From Lama glama (Eukaryota), in the NCBI GenBank assembly GCA_028534125.1, contig CM052840.1, positions 21,638,001 to 21,702,000 on the forward strand: a DNA stretch of 64,000 nucleotides. The letters are read 5' to 3'. The notes under the pieces were generated by a model that was not told the origin of the DNA, searched no databases, and saw only the letters and a list, made by a program, of their open reading frames with translations. Position 1 is the stretch's first letter; the number at the start of each line of letters is the position of its first letter. Shown here one piece after another: positions 11,841 to 25,700 of the stretch. A program made the translations under genes and the position numbers.

Positions 11841-12082
11841 TTTTTTTTTTCTTTATTTAGATTCCACATAAGAGTGATATCATATGGTATTTTTCTAAAA
11901 TATAGGTAAAAAACAAATTTCTTCTGTATAGCACAGGAAACTATATTTGATATCTTATAATAACCTCTCATGAAAAGAATATGAAAATGAATATATGTAT
12001 ATTTATATATGCATGACTGGGACATTATACTGTACACCAGAGATTGACACACTGTAACTGACTATACGTCAATTAAAAAAAA
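11841..12082 (+). mobile_element. L1 3' end in sense orientation with an inverted 5' segment
   Basis: 11897-12082 is the L1 3' terminus ending in aattaaaaaaaaa; 11841-11895 is L1 sequence in the opposite orientation (same as 11679-11721). Confidence 0.85.
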
Positions 12083-12208
12083 ATACTAATGCCCAGGTCT
12101 CACCTGCAGAGAGTCTGACTTTTTGGTTTAGAATGTAGCCTGAGCATTGGAATTTTTTAAGTGTCTGCACATAATTCTGTTGTAAAGTCAGCATTGGGAA
12201 ACACTGTT
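12078..12208. mobile_element. MER5-type MITE remnant interrupted by the L1
   Basis: aaatactaatgcccaggtctcacc...cagagagtctgac...gcctgagcattggaattttttaag...gggaaacactg. Confidence 0.6.
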
Positions 12209-13380
12209 CAATGAAGGAGTTTGACATCAGTGGTCAAGTCTCAGTTTTAGCCAGAAATTCTTCTACCTCCTGACTGCAAGTTGCAAATGTAGGGGGGGAA
12301 AAGATAAATGGCTGTATAAAAATGATGAACTATTAAAAGTAGGTAGATGAAATTAGCTAAGGAAAATCATAGGACAACAAAAATCAAGTGAAATGATCAT
12401 TGGAAAGAAATGGGAAATTGTGGTCAGACTTACAAAATGCAGAAGGCCAAAGGAAAAAGAAATGAATATTAACCAAGAGAACAGGAGAGTAGGGCAGAAT
12501 ATTTCCCATTCATGAATTTGGCTACCAGAGGATTAAATGAGATAAATCCCAGCGGCGTGGAGAGTCCAAGGGTTAACAGCCCCACTCAGGTACAAATGGG
12601 CCCCTTTGGGCCCACAGTCTGGATTCTCTGCCCTCTGAAGGCCAGGGTTCAGAGCAGGGAGTTCTTGCGAGTTCATTTTCTCAGCTGGAGCCTGAGGGTA
12701 GAAAGCCCTGCAGTTATCACTCCAGTGTATCTTCAGACTTGTTGCAAAGGGCTCCAATTAACTCTGCGTAGCATTTGCTGATTTTCCCTCCAGCCCCGTT
12801 AACTTGCAAAACTGCTGCCCAGAGAGACAGGCCTGGCATTTCCCTTCAAACCCATGGCTGCTCAGAAAGACCCTTCACAATTTGATTTGAAATTATGTCA
12901 AGAATGAGCAGATTCAAGACTGTGCCCATGTACAGTTTTTCTCTCTTTCCTTAAGATGCTTTAACATGTAAACTTAATGATCAGCATAATTAATATAGCA
13001 CCTGGCATAGTGTAGAAATGTAATTGGTACACAGAAGCTATTTTCTCAGTTTTGTTACTGCATTAGATTGTCCTAAACTCTGGGAGTTATATTCCTTTTT
13101 CAGATAATAATAATTAATCATATTTATTACTTACTACAGTTTAGCTGATGAACCAAATACTAATAATCTTTCACATGACTCAAATCTAAATTTGTAAAAA
13201 AAAAAAAAAAAGAAAGATGCTTTAATTTATAATGCAATTGATAATATAGCTTTTACTACAAAAACTGGTTCAGTCCTCATATATGGTGGACATTAATCTT
13301 CTTGTGCCTGAAAAAAAAAAGTGAGTTCCATACTGGGAATCTCTCATTTGTCTGTCTCTTCCACAGCTAGTAGTAATAAC

Positions 13381-13559
13381 TAGTGATTCTCAATTCTATG
13401 GGTCATATGGTGATCTCTGGATTGCTTATAAAAGATAAATTCTTGGGATCCATGCTTAAGAGCCTATATTTAGGGGCTAGGGTTTAGAAATCTGCCTTTA
13501 CCAAGTGTTCCAGTGGGTTCTCTTACAGACATCCGTAGACCACGTATTGAAAACCACTG
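13381..13559. mobile_element. MER5-type MITE (a second degenerate one lies at ~13734-13895)
   Basis: tagtgattctcaa...aaatctgcctttaccaagtgttccagtgggttct...gaaaaccactg termini; the second has gcagatttctgattcagtaggtctg...gattctgcatttctaac. Confidence 0.55.
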
Positions 13560-15339
13560 GGTGAGAGGAGTGGCCAGGTGAGATGGGATGGGTTTCATCT
13601 GCAGGGCTTGAATTTATGCCTGCTTTGTTTGGTCTTGCCCCTTGTTCCAACTGCATTAGCTTTGTGGGCAGAACAGCACAAGGGCAGCTGAAGAAACAGA
13701 GGCAATGTAAGGCGGGCCTCTGACCTTTAGGGGCAGTGCTTCTGAAAATTGCCAGTAAAAGAATGTGAAAATTACATAGGATCTGGGTAAACTGCAGATT
13801 TCTGATTCAGTAGGTCTGAGAAGATGGTGAGATTCTGCATTTCTAACCAGCCCAGCTCTCCCTCTCATCCCCTAGGCCATGATACCCACTAGAAAGGCAG
13901 AGAGTTCACCGTTTATATATGAAATACAAAATGCCTGTTAAGTTCAGAGAAGAAAGAGACCAGTGCAATTCAACATGTGAAATATAATTGTCATCTCATA
14001 CTGGAGTCTCATCTCTGTGTATTTAAGTTACATACATTTAATCACACAACTTAGAAGCGAGGAAGGCATGAAAAATAGAGTGGAAAAATCTTTGAAAATA
14101 ATCTCACAGGCAAAGAATGCAGTCAAGTCCTGAAACTCTCAATATCTGTTAGAAGGAAAGAATGTGTGAATAATTTTAGGGTTTCCCAACAATCGACAAA
14201 AAAGGTGAAACATTGTGGGGGTGCCTATAAAAAAGAATGAAGAACTCAGAACCTTAGAGAACCATTTATTAGTGAAGAGTTAGAGACATACACAGAATCA
14301 AATGTACAGCACTTTATGGGCCATATAAGGAGTTGTCAAGGGGACTTGGTATATCATAAGTGATTTTTACCTTATGCCTGACTTTGGAAGTTAAACCCAG
14401 CCATCAGTCCTTCTGTAAATCTGTAAATAACACGCTACTCTTCATGTATATGCGTGTGTATACGCACATATATACACATATATTATGTATATGATATATA
14501 TAATTATTATACTTACCTGAGAAGCCTTTAGATAGATGCTCTTAATAAAAACCTTAATACCATGCAATTTTTTTTTCTATTCAACTGAGAAATCTTACTC
14601 TACAGTTGCTGAAACTACCTGTGAACGCTCTTTGTGCCTCATGCTATTACTCCAATAGACATTAAGCTCCCAGAGGGTGAGTGTCATGTTTTATATTTAT
14701 TCTAAGTCTTGTTCAGTAACTTGGCACAAGGTAGGCAATCAGTACACTGTTTTTTAAGGAATGAAGGAATGCAGGAATGGATAAACAAACCAATGCAGCT
14801 TTTTGCTACTAACTCTGGAGTTAACATAGTGTTACCATTGTTTTATCCTGCTGGATTGAGTTTTGATCTACTGCTTCTGATGAGTCTCAGCAGGGCTAAT
14901 TTTATGAACTAATGTGTAGAACTACCACAACTTATATATATATATATTTGAAACTTAATATACATATTCCCAATGGAAGAAAATGTTGTTAGGATAAATG
15001 GAATCTAAAGATTAGTTCCAAAACTTGAGACTTCATAATGGAACTCAAGCACTATATATTTGCAATTAAAAATAATGGAAGCCAATACTGCTGCAAAGCT
15101 GATATGTCACAGAGCAGAAAATATTCATTTATTAAAAACAAAAACATGGTCTACTGTGTTGCAGGTTAGTGCTAGATCTTACCTTGGCAATTTGCTTTTT
15201 TTCCCCCTAATTTTTAAAATGATTGTAAAATATAGATAACAGGCAGCACTTTATCTAAAGTATAATATTATGTCAAAAAATGAATGTTTATGGGGAAAAA
15301 AAAAGTAGAGAAGAGTTTTTCATTTTTAATTAATTTTTC

Positions 15340-15795
15340 TCCAAAGACAGAGAACCCAAAATAACAGTGACTAGTGAAATTACCTTTTTCTCTCTCTGGC
15401 TTGAGGTTCACCATTGGTCAATGTAGGAGTGGATAGTCTCATTTTCAGGGACCCACACACTTCACCTTTTTGTTATGCTGTCAGTACTTCTCCCTCATGT
15501 CCCAGAATGGCTGCTTGAGCACCAGCCATCCAGTCTGATTTCCATCCAGCAGGAAGGAGGAATGGTTGAAGAAGAATGTGGACTTTCATATTCATGACAT
15601 ATTTTGGAAGTTATTCCTCCACTTTTGGTTACATTCTATGATTAGAACTTAGCCACATGGCTATACCTATCTATAGGAAATGCTGGAAAATCTTGTCTTT
15701 ATTCAAAGTGACCATTTGCCCAGCTAAAAATATCTTGTCATTTTACTGTAGAAGAAGAGACTACAATGAGAAGGTATTTAGTGGTCTTTGTCGCA
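15340..15795 (-). mobile_element. Old MaLR solo LTR (MLT1J-like)
   Basis: aacccaaaataacagtgac...aatggctgcttgagcaccagccatc...agaacttagccacatggctatacc...gctggaaaatcttgtcttt; boundaries approximate. Confidence 0.65.
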
Positions 15796-16434
15796 ATAGG
15801 CAAACATTAGAAGTAAATTTTAAAAATTCATTTTGATGGTATTAAAAGATGAATTTTGAGCAAATCTTTGCCATTGTTTATAGTACTCCATAAATTAATA
15901 TTCCATATTTGTAGTTTATTACAAACTATTTCTTTAAATGTAAATCTTGAAAGAAATTGGTCTGAAAAAATTCACGAGGCAAAAATATGGCCCATGACTT
16001 AAATAGTAAAAATAGAAATGATGTAATGTTCCTGCTTAGCTAATGTAAAAGAATTTCATCAGGTAATGCAGTGTTGATGAGTTAATAGCTTTGTCTAACT
16101 CTCCTGAATACATAATGAACTCCTTGTACATTGTGAAAGTTTCAGATAGGGATTTTTACAAGTTAACTCATTTTATTTATGCAGTAAGAATTTGCAGCGC
16201 AGGATTTGGATTTCTTTTTGGTAACATTATGTATGATGGTTAAAAATGGTGGTAGTATATCAATTTTGCTGAACAGCAATAATCAATTAGGCATGTCAGC
16301 AATGCTGTAGTATTGGATATAAATACTTCAAGGTTACCAATCAGATTTGGTAAAGAAATGGAACAGTCACCTCAAGTTTTCTGTTTTCTAACTTTCATGA
16401 TCATTTCATATTTGTATTGTGTTTGGAACTAATC

Positions 16435-16441
<7 letters not shown>

Positions 16442-16465
<24 letters not shown>

Positions 16466-16486
16466 CATACATATACACACACATAT
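16442..16486. repeat. (TA)n/(CA)n compound microsatellite
   Basis: tatatatatatatatatatatatacatacatatacacacacatat seen directly. Confidence 0.9.
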
Positions 16487-19040
16487 GTAGTGTTGTAGTC
16501 AATAACACACATAAACACATATACACTGATAAAGACTCTCTTATGAATCAGTTGTTTATATAAGGGAATATTATGGGCATATATACTCGCTTATTTTGGG
16601 GGATAATGATTATACTTTGTACGCAGTAGGTTTTGGTAATAACTTTGACCCTATTAACACATTTTAAAAATATATTTACATAAAGTATTTGCTATAAGTG
16701 TACTATTATTCTTAGTAATATTTCTTCAACACATCTTTTTTCTTCTGCCAGAACTGGAGCTTAGGTCTAATGAGAAGAGCAGTGATCTTGGACCCAGGTC
16801 CAACCTCAGCTCTGCTGCTGGACTTGCATGACTTTTACACTCTGCCCGAGAGCAGCGACCTCTGTACGATGGGCCTGCACTATCGGAGGCTTTTTGCAGG
16901 GGATGTAGGACACTGATTAATAAGGAATGACTTTCATTTCTCACTTTATTCTTTTTCCTCCGGTCTCCTTGCCTGCCTCCCTGCTGAGTCAAGTCCGATG
17001 TTTTCTGGAGAGTCCTGATGGTTTCAGTGTCAGCTCTTTATGTTAGATAAAGAGTTAACACAGGTGGGTGTGGCTTCAGACCAACTGCAGAATTAGAATG
17101 AAAATTGCAGAGGCTATGTGGTTCTTTCCATGAAGGCACTGATTAAAAATTTGACATTAGATGTAAGCCTACTGAGAGACTCTTAGCTGGATAATGCTTT
17201 GAGATCAGTTAAAATCACTATTTCAACCATTCTCTAAGACTGGGATTAGACCCTGTATTTTATTTTTAAAATTTTTAAAAAACTGCTTTTCCTATTCGTA
17301 AGCGTCAAAATCTGTTTAGTCTTTGATCTAAGATGCTTCCTTATAGAAGTTTTAAACAAGGTCAGAAAGTCCAGTTCGCAGGAAATTAAAGTAAAATGTT
17401 AGCTTTAGAGTTTCCAAAGGATTACGTTAGGTTTGGGGTATGAGCATTTTCTGTTCCACCTTTTGGTTAAAATGAAAATTGACTTTCATTTTATAAATCT
17501 TATAGATCCTTATTGTCATTTAAAATATGACCCAAACACAACAACAATAAATGCCACCTTTGGTTACTAACAACCAAAGGAGAAGCATCCTGGGTGTGTT
17601 CCCCAATCTCTGTGAGACCATTAAATTTTCATGCATATTTAACAAATGTCATTATTCAGTTTCATGAGGTCACCATGTCAAAATGTCTGTGTTAGAACTT
17701 TATTTTCCAAGGTTCCTTTAAGTGGACAGAAAGCACGGCACACTGGACCGATTTACTCTCTTCCATCCATCCGCTGGGTTGGTTTGCCACTCAGAGCTCA
17801 TCCTGGGATGTAGGACACTTAAAAATTGGATTTCTCACCACTGCAACAGAATCTTGAGCCAGAAAAGTCCCCTTCTCTTCTGTGCTCCTTCCCTTGGCTG
17901 ATTTTCTTTTAAAAGTGGGTTCTTCCCCTGTGTCTCCAGGTAGCAGTCTCTGCTCTGCCTGTGTGGGATCCCATACCAGATGGCCCTCTTAATAAATGCC
18001 TTGCTCTTGCCCACCCTCACCTTCTTGATCCAAATGTGAAATGCCAGCAAATAAATAAGAGCATTGTACTCTGATGAGTTCTCTGGAGCTAGGGGAAAGC
18101 CCTGGGGAGGGGAAGCCAGAAACTGCTTTTCTTTTTGCTGGATGGCCCCTAATTACTGGCCAGTAGGTAGAAGACACAGTTTAGACAATACAGAATTTAA
18201 ACGTAAAAAACAGAGAGGGACAACAAATTCTCTGTATTATTCGGAATGCCTTTGCTAACATGAAAAGACACTTGGATTGCTGGAGTTCGTTTGAAATATT
18301 ATGCGTGATCTTTGCACGGGGACCACAGACTCTGGACTCAGGGTAGGCGATGGCTGTGTGCAGATTTCACCGCCAGACTCAAAAGTGCAGTGGAAATCAG
18401 TGGGNNNNNNNNNNNNNNNNNNNNNNNNNNNNNNNNNNNNNNNNNNNNNNNNNNNNNNNNNNNNNNNNNNNNNNNNNNNNNNNNNNNNNNNNNNNNNNNN
18501 NNNNNNNNNNNNNNNNNNNNNNNNNNNNNNNNNNNNNNNNNNNNNNNNNNNNNNNNNNNNNNNNNNNNNNNNNNNNNNNNNNNNNNNNNNNNNNNNNNNN
18601 NNNNNNNNNNNNNNNNNNNNNNNNNNNNNNNNGCTCAAGGATGTAAACAGAAACAGAGTCCCTTTTTCTTCTCCAAAATGTGTTGGGCTTTGAAAAGGAT
18701 GCCATTTTGCCCCATGTCTCAGGCTTGGTTTCCAGGCCGAGCATTTATACTTGTCTACGTTTCATCGGAGGAGTTAATCATAAAATTTCAACATCAAAGC
18801 CCTTCTTTTCCTGCTTCTCAGCAGACAGAGTTTTATTAGAGGCACAAAAGCTTGCACAGCTGGTGTCAGCCCCACAATGATTTTCTCTTAGGTTGTTGGG
18901 CTTCCTCCAATTATTAATATTTCTCTTCAGCCCCTCTGAAACTTTGAGGTTAGAGCACAGAAAAGAAGGGGTTGGAAATCATCTGCTGGTCAAAAGAAAC
19001 CATGTCTGTTGCTTTGCTGGCTCCCTGGCAAGGGTGGGGC

Positions 19041-19557
19041 TGTTACTGAGTCCAGATTCTTTCTGCTCGCCTCCTAAAGGCCAGTAAATCGGGAGACTAG
19101 GTGTTAGGGCAAGGAATAACAACTTAATTCAGAAAACCAGCAGACTAAGAAGATGGAAAACTAATATCCCAGAGAACCATTTTCCCCATGTCAGAATTGA
19201 GGCTTCTTTTATACTAAAAAGGGGAGAGGGTGTGGTTGGTTGTGTAAAGTTCTTGGTGTCAGAATGCTTTGTTCTTGCAGCTCTCCAGGTAGTGGGGTCA
19301 TGACGTGCCTGTAAACTTCCAGCAAAACAAGAGTTACTTTCTACTCTGCAATTGTTTATCTTTATATGAATGGGAAAATGTTACACCCTTAAAGGTCAGA
19401 GCCTTGACGATGGGTTATTCTGCATATTTCAGGCTCCAGGCAACATTCTTTTGTAAAAGGTGCAGAACCTGCAAGACTAAGCACAGAGAACAGAGCACAG
19501 GGTTAGAGCTAAAGGAACAGATCTAACGTGGAGTCAGATTTCTTCTTCCCTACTGTA
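19041..19557 (-). mobile_element. ERV1-class solo LTR (cetartiodactyl MER41-like, tentative)
   Basis: Starts TGTTACTGAGTCCAG and ends gagtcagatttcttcttccctactgta; TATA box TATAAAAG on the minus strand at ~19206-19213; ~520 bp; no clean TSD. Confidence 0.7.
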
Positions 19558-21611
19558 AGGTGGGAGTGGGCTTCTTTTACAGGGGGGAAGACAGGCCAGT
19601 GGACCTAAGAGGATAAAAAGTCTTTATTTTTTGGTCAAACATCTAGTGTCTGCCTTTGGTAAACCATTGTAATGACTGCTGGAAAATAGGACAAGTGAAG
19701 AGGTTAAAGGACACACCCTCTGCATTCCAGGAGTTCCTCAAATCACTGTGAGGGACTTTTAAAATTGCCAGTCTCCAGGATAAGGCTCTTCCCCTGGGCT
19801 GGGTGGAAATCCTCAGAGCACAGTTTGGAACCATATGCCCCCGGGCCCTTAAACTTCCTCCTGTGATGTGCTGCCTTTCCTTAAAGCAGGTTCTCGCTCG
19901 GCTCTTCCAGCCTGGGCTTTCTGCACCCGCCAAGGTCCGCAGGGCTGCAATTCAAAGGGAATGCACTGACTTGACTTTAAACTCCCTTGGTGTGGCACGT
20001 CAGGGTTTCTCAATGTTAAGCATTAATGCAAAATGCATTATCGCTTAGCATGTGAGAGCTCTGGTCCTGCTGGTGCCAATGATTTTAATCCGAATACTAA
20101 GGCTCCTGTGTTTCATGGGATACTAACACTTTTAAGACATCAATAATGCTTGCTTTATGCTTATTGAATGTTTTTTCAGCTCACCCTCTTCCATTATCAA
20201 AAGAGACTGGCAGGTTTCCTGACATGGTTGGGACCATTTTCTGATTTCACAGAGTTTTGTGGCTAAAAGGGAATTGGAGAGAGGTCATCTGGCCTGCGCA
20301 GAGGTAGGAACAGTCTCAAATTCAAAGAGAAAAAAGACTCCTCTGTGATGTCTCCCAGTGAAGGAGGTTTATACCCAAACCAGTCTTAAATGTTTGCACT
20401 GTCAGGAGATACCTCTTTATCTTAAACACCCCAGGTAGCATCAAGGAGACTGCCCCACCCCTCTTACTCCTCTTACTGGGGTTTCTGTGGATACAGAATG
20501 TGTGCTTTATTGTTCTCTCTGGGATTCCTTTAGAACTATGTCAGTCGGTATATTTTTCAGTATTCTTTTTAATATGATGCTAAAATGCACTTTGAATGGT
20601 CATCCTTTTTTTCCCCTTTGTCTTTAATTAAATGTAGATGTCCTGTCTTCTTGAACTGAGAGGTCCGTCTTATCAATGCCCTGGTCCACCGGGCACATAG
20701 GCAGGCAGTCGGCTTTATGTATTAACCTGTGTGTTGTTGTTGTTAGGGTCCTTCTAGCGCTAATGTTCTCTTAAATCAGAAACTTTGTAAAGATCAGTTC
20801 TATTCTGTAGCCCCTTTCACAGAGGCATATAGAAGGAAAGTTGATAAAAAAAAAAACTTCTTGATGATGTGTTGTCATAGTCGTACTACTTTTTTTTTTT
20901 CTGGAGAGTATATAATCTAAGTGTGACTCAGACACTTACAGTGAGGCCATCTGGCCAAGCACTCACTGGTCTAGCGATACAGCCAAGAAAGGCCACCTTG
21001 CCTTGTCTTGGAGAGAATATAGTTATTCTTTGGTAATAACAGAACTTTTTATAAGCATCAACTTTAATCCATCCTGGTAAACCCTCCATACTGTGAAACA
21101 AAAGGGATCAACCATGTGTCCCAGATAATGGGATGGCTTTGACAGTCTTCTGATTTAGTGGAGGCCACGTGGTTGACCACCCTCTTCCCCTCCCCCACGC
21201 TAATTGTCACCTGACAAGAGGAGAATGTGAAATCATCCCAGGGCTCTTTTTTTTTTTTTAAATCAGTTAAAGCCATCTTTGTTTTGGTAGGAGGATACTA
21301 AAAATCAGACATTTTCCTCTGGATTGTTCTGACCAAAATGAAATTTCCCCTGACCTATTGTGTATTTTAAATCAAAATATACTTACTATCTGAATCTTAA
21401 AAAAAAGGGTTAATTCTGTTTCAGTTTTCCTTTATAGTGGAGTGGGGTGGATGACAACATATATTGTCTGACCATTGAAATAGCTTTCCTTTTTACACCT
21501 GAGGTTAAGTAAATATGAAGATTACTTTAAGAAGTTTTCTGTACCAACATATGTTTCAAAGAGATTATTTGAGATGAGCTAAGGTAGTTATTCTCAATTT
21601 TTTACCTTTGT

Positions 21612-22044
21612 ATATATAGTTTTATTGAAGTCCAGTCAGTTTACAATGTTGTGTCAATTTCTGGTTTACAGCATAATGCTTCAGTCATACATGTACATAC
21701 ATATATTCATTTTCATGTTCTCTTTCACTGTAAGTTACTACAAGATATTAAATATAGTTCCCTGTGCTATACAGTATAAACTTCTTGTTTATCTATTTTA
21801 TATATAGTAATTAGTATCTGCAAATCTCAAACTCCCAATTTGTCCCTTACCACCCTGGTAAGCATAGGTTTGTTTTCTATGTCTGTGAGTCTGTTTCTGT
21901 TTTGTAAATAAGTTCATTGGTCTTTTTTCTTAAGATTCTACATATAAGTGATATCATATGGTATTTTTCTTTCTTTTTCTGGCTTATTTCGTTTAGAATG
22001 ACATTCTCCAGGTCCATCCATGTTGCTGCAAATGGCATTATTTT
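21612..22044 (-). mobile_element. 5'-truncated lineage-specific L1 3' end
   Basis: ttttattgaagtccagtcagtttacaatgttgtgtcaatttctgg...catgttgctgcaaatggcattatttt; ORF 21877..22077 contains the L1 ORF2 C-terminal motif IMPFAATWMDLENVILNEISQ. Confidence 0.9.
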
Positions 22045-23199
22045 CACTGCTCTTCTTACTGAAGGAGATAATACCAACCTGTACTTAGGGAAAATTATCC
22101 TGCTGGTTTGACAAACTTGCTCATAACGTTGTGTTTCTAAGACACAACGTTATGAGCAAGATCCCCACTGGAAATAGGAAAGAGATGCCACCTCAGCTCA
22201 GAAAGTACAGCATATTTTTTAGAAGTGTGATTTGCAAGCCATCCAAAGCTTTCTACCTGCGATTCAACATTGGTGAGAGCCAAACATCAGCTTTCTTCTT
22301 CTATTTTCTGTTTTCCGTTTTGCCGCTCTCCGTTCTCAGTGTTGATTATTGTTTCACCTGCCTGGAGATGGAAAATGTGGGCACTTTGATAAATAGCCTG
22401 AAAGGTGATCTCGTTTCTCTCCAGCATCTTTCTTTAAGAATCTGAGGAGTTTTCTGTGAAATACAATTCGGTTAACTTCTCTACCAAAGCACAAAGCTGA
22501 AGAATCTAAGTGTGATGAGAGAAGTATTGCCTGTTTTTTACAGGGGAAGAAATTAGTAAAGGAATTTTATGATACACATAGACACACAAAGTAACTCCTT
22601 GAGTGAAGGCGAAAGAAGTTAAATAAGACACCAAAGACCATTCAGTGAATGTGAACTCAGTCTCTGGTTTGACATGATCCTTCCTAAAGTCTCCGTTAAT
22701 GTATTTCTTGTTAAGTAGACAGAACAGTTGCAATTACAACACTTACTTCAGCTACGACTTGGAAATCATGTCTCAGGATAAGATATTTTGCAAAATAATG
22801 GAAAGATTTTTATGTTTCCCAAAGATAATATTATCTGGATATATCACACATCTTCATACTAAAGATCTCAGCACCAACCTGTCTCCAACCCCTGTGTCTT
22901 TTTGGATATAATATTCCTGTGCCCCAGCTAGGTCAGGCCAGCCTAGGAGAGGCAGTGCCTCCTAGGTTAGGTGATAAACAAAGGAAACTAATCTCATGCC
23001 CCAACACATTTTTCTTGCTCCCTCTAGGATTAAAAGTTTCGTTTTCTGGGGGCTGACTCATTTCTTGTTAGTATGGCATTATGCGAGTTCAGACATGTGA
23101 CTCATCTTATTTAGACTTACAGTAGATTTGAGTTCGGCAACGGGAGAGACGTGACAGATGCCAAAGATTTTCAAAGGATAAAATGGCTAGAACCTATCT

Positions 23200-23900
23200 C
23201 ACAAGGATATGTTGGCTTTGAACCTGGAATTTACCCGTCATGGATCATGACAGAGGCATTAAAACATAAGAAAATGAAGCTTACAAAACAGTTTAGGCTG
23301 TCAGGTCTGGATGGGGGCGTGTTGAGAGTGAAATGCTCGTTGAACCTCTGGGTGGGGCACGTGGCCTGCGGTGGAAATGCAGAACCAGAGTGTGGGGGAG
23401 AGATGCGAGGTCTGCAGATACAGATGAAAGATGAGGCTTGATGAACTAACAGGGGCAAGTGTTTAGAGGAAGAAAGAAGCCTGANNNNNNNNNNNNNNNN
23501 NNNNNNNNNNNNNNNNNNNNNNNNNNNNNNNNNNNNNNNNNNNNNNNNNNNNNNNNNNNNNNNNNNNNNNNNNNNNNNNNNNNNNNNNNNNNNNNNNNNN
23601 NNNNNNNNNNNNNNNNNNNNNNNNNNNNNNNNNNNNNNNNNNNNNNNNNNNNNNNNNNNNNNNAAAGCAAAGCTGTTTAAGGGACTGTGAAAGGAAGAAG
23701 AGTCGGTCAAGAAGAGAAAGGAGGGCTCAGGAAAATTCAGTGGCAGAAGGAAGCCGAGGGAGGGAGAGTCCGGTAGGTAGAGGAGGATAAGGGTTGAGGA
23801 AGGGTTACTTGGTCTGGTATTTAAGGGATCACTAGTGATGTTTCAGAGATAAAAATCAATATTTAATAGCATAGCACAGGCAGAAGCTAGGTTGTGATAG
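23200..23900 (-). mobile_element. Degenerate L2 fragment spanning a gap
   Basis: Purine-rich tract with gttgagagtgaaatgc...gagatgcgaggtctgcagatacagatgaaagatg...ggataagggttgagg, typical of antisense L2; approximate. Confidence 0.5.
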
Positions 23901-24029
23901 TATAATACATCTGAGGCTGCCATGGCTCGTGCTAGAGCTCTCTCCTTACACTGCTCTGTGTTGAGTACGTTATATTCCCAAACTCATTTACACTTTGAGG
24001 TGAATACTAAAATATCCCCAGAATACTGT

Positions 24030-24210
24030 ATTAATTCTTTGAGACCTCTCGTGCAAGACAGGTACTATGATTATCTGTTTACAATTGAGGAAACTAAGGC
24101 ACAGAGGTCTGGGCAGTTGCCCAAACCCATATGACACATCAGCGGTAGAACTGGCCTTTGGACCCAGGCAGTCTGGCCTGAGCATCTTTACCCTCGAGCA
24201 CTACACCACC
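24030..24210 (-). mobile_element. MIR SINE
   Basis: tttacaattgaggaaactaaggcacagagg...ttgcccaaac...acccaggcagtctggc core. Confidence 0.75.
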
Positions 24211-25700
24211 CCATGGTGAGGATGCCTACGTGATTCTGTGAGCGTTCCTTTAAGACGTTTAGTGCTGAGAAGAATGAGCTCAGAATGTGGGTCATGGTCC
24301 GAGAGAGTCAAGAGGAAATGACCATCACAGCAGCAGGAGTGAGGGTGAAGCAGAAAGTCACAACGTGGAGGGGTTTTGATATCAGTAAGAAATGAATTTG
24401 GCACAAGGTGGTTACACATGTACATGTCTTAGTTCATTGACTTGCTGTCATCTTTGGCCACGATCTCAGATGATGGTGCCAAGTGCAGTGGAGAAGGTTT
24501 GGTAGCCCAGGGGGATGCCCGGGGAGCTGCTAGAATGAAGACTTGCAGGCATCGCCGGGGACAGACGGCAAGTGGGACACGCCAGAACAGACAGTGGCTG
24601 TGGTCTTTGCTTCGTCCTCATCTTTGCTCTCGTAATTTTTTTACTCTTTCTCTTGGGGAAAGGGAATGGGCAAACATATATTAAAATTTGTTCTTGAATG
24701 ATGCAAGTTGTCACCCACATGAGCACGTTAAAACCATCAAGGCTTCCTCAATAAAGGGATACTGTGAGTAGGACCATCTTTTTATATCAATGATGACAAT
24801 CTATGTGATTAGGGATAAAAAAACAGCTCAGAAAACTTCTGCAATGAAAATCAGTGGTAAGCAAAGACACAAATTATGTTTTCGATACGTCTTTAATTCA
24901 CGGATTAACTAAATAAAGAGCTGCCCTGATTATAAACACCAGTAAACAAAATGGGTTTTCATGTCTGCAGGCACTTTTAATTGCTGAACAAATCTTACAT
25001 ATCCACAACCAAGTCAGGTGAATTCAACACTTCTTTTGGAATGTTGGAATGCTTCTGTTTTAAGACAGGTGTCTTAATTAAATAAACTAATAATTTTGCG
25101 AGTAGGAGTTCAAAAACGTAATTATCCAGTTTGCTAATTGTTCAGCTATGTTGCTTTGCATCTTTGTTAGCTGCAACATGAACAAATAGTCCATAGACGT
25201 GTATCCTACCGTTAAAATAATGAAGTCACTCTTGGGAGTAACATTTCCTCACGTGTGTTAATAGATGTCGCGTAAAGGGGACTCTTTGGTTAAATACGGT
25301 TGAGAAATGTGAGGTAAAAGAAAATTAAATGGTTTGGTTTCTGCGGGAGGTCTAGGATACTGGAAGAGGGTGATGTGTGTTTTTACCATCAGATACGCTG
25401 TGCTCTGCTTTTCGAACTGTAGGGGGAACCCCCATTTTTATAGGGGAATCAGTGTCCTGGAAGTACATGTGGGAAGATGCTGCTTGCAGTGGTCTTAACA
25501 GTAAGCGGGTCTCACAGTTCTTCCTCCCTAGTCACTCCGCTCTGCAGTCAGCACACAGGCGGGAAAATGAAATAAAGAGGCATATGTCACTGTGTTCTCT
25601 GTCTCTGCCTCCCTCTCTTACACACACACGCACACACAGAATTCTTTTTCTAGCTTCTTGTGGTCAACATGCAAACCTCTTTTGTCCCCCTTTCTTATAG

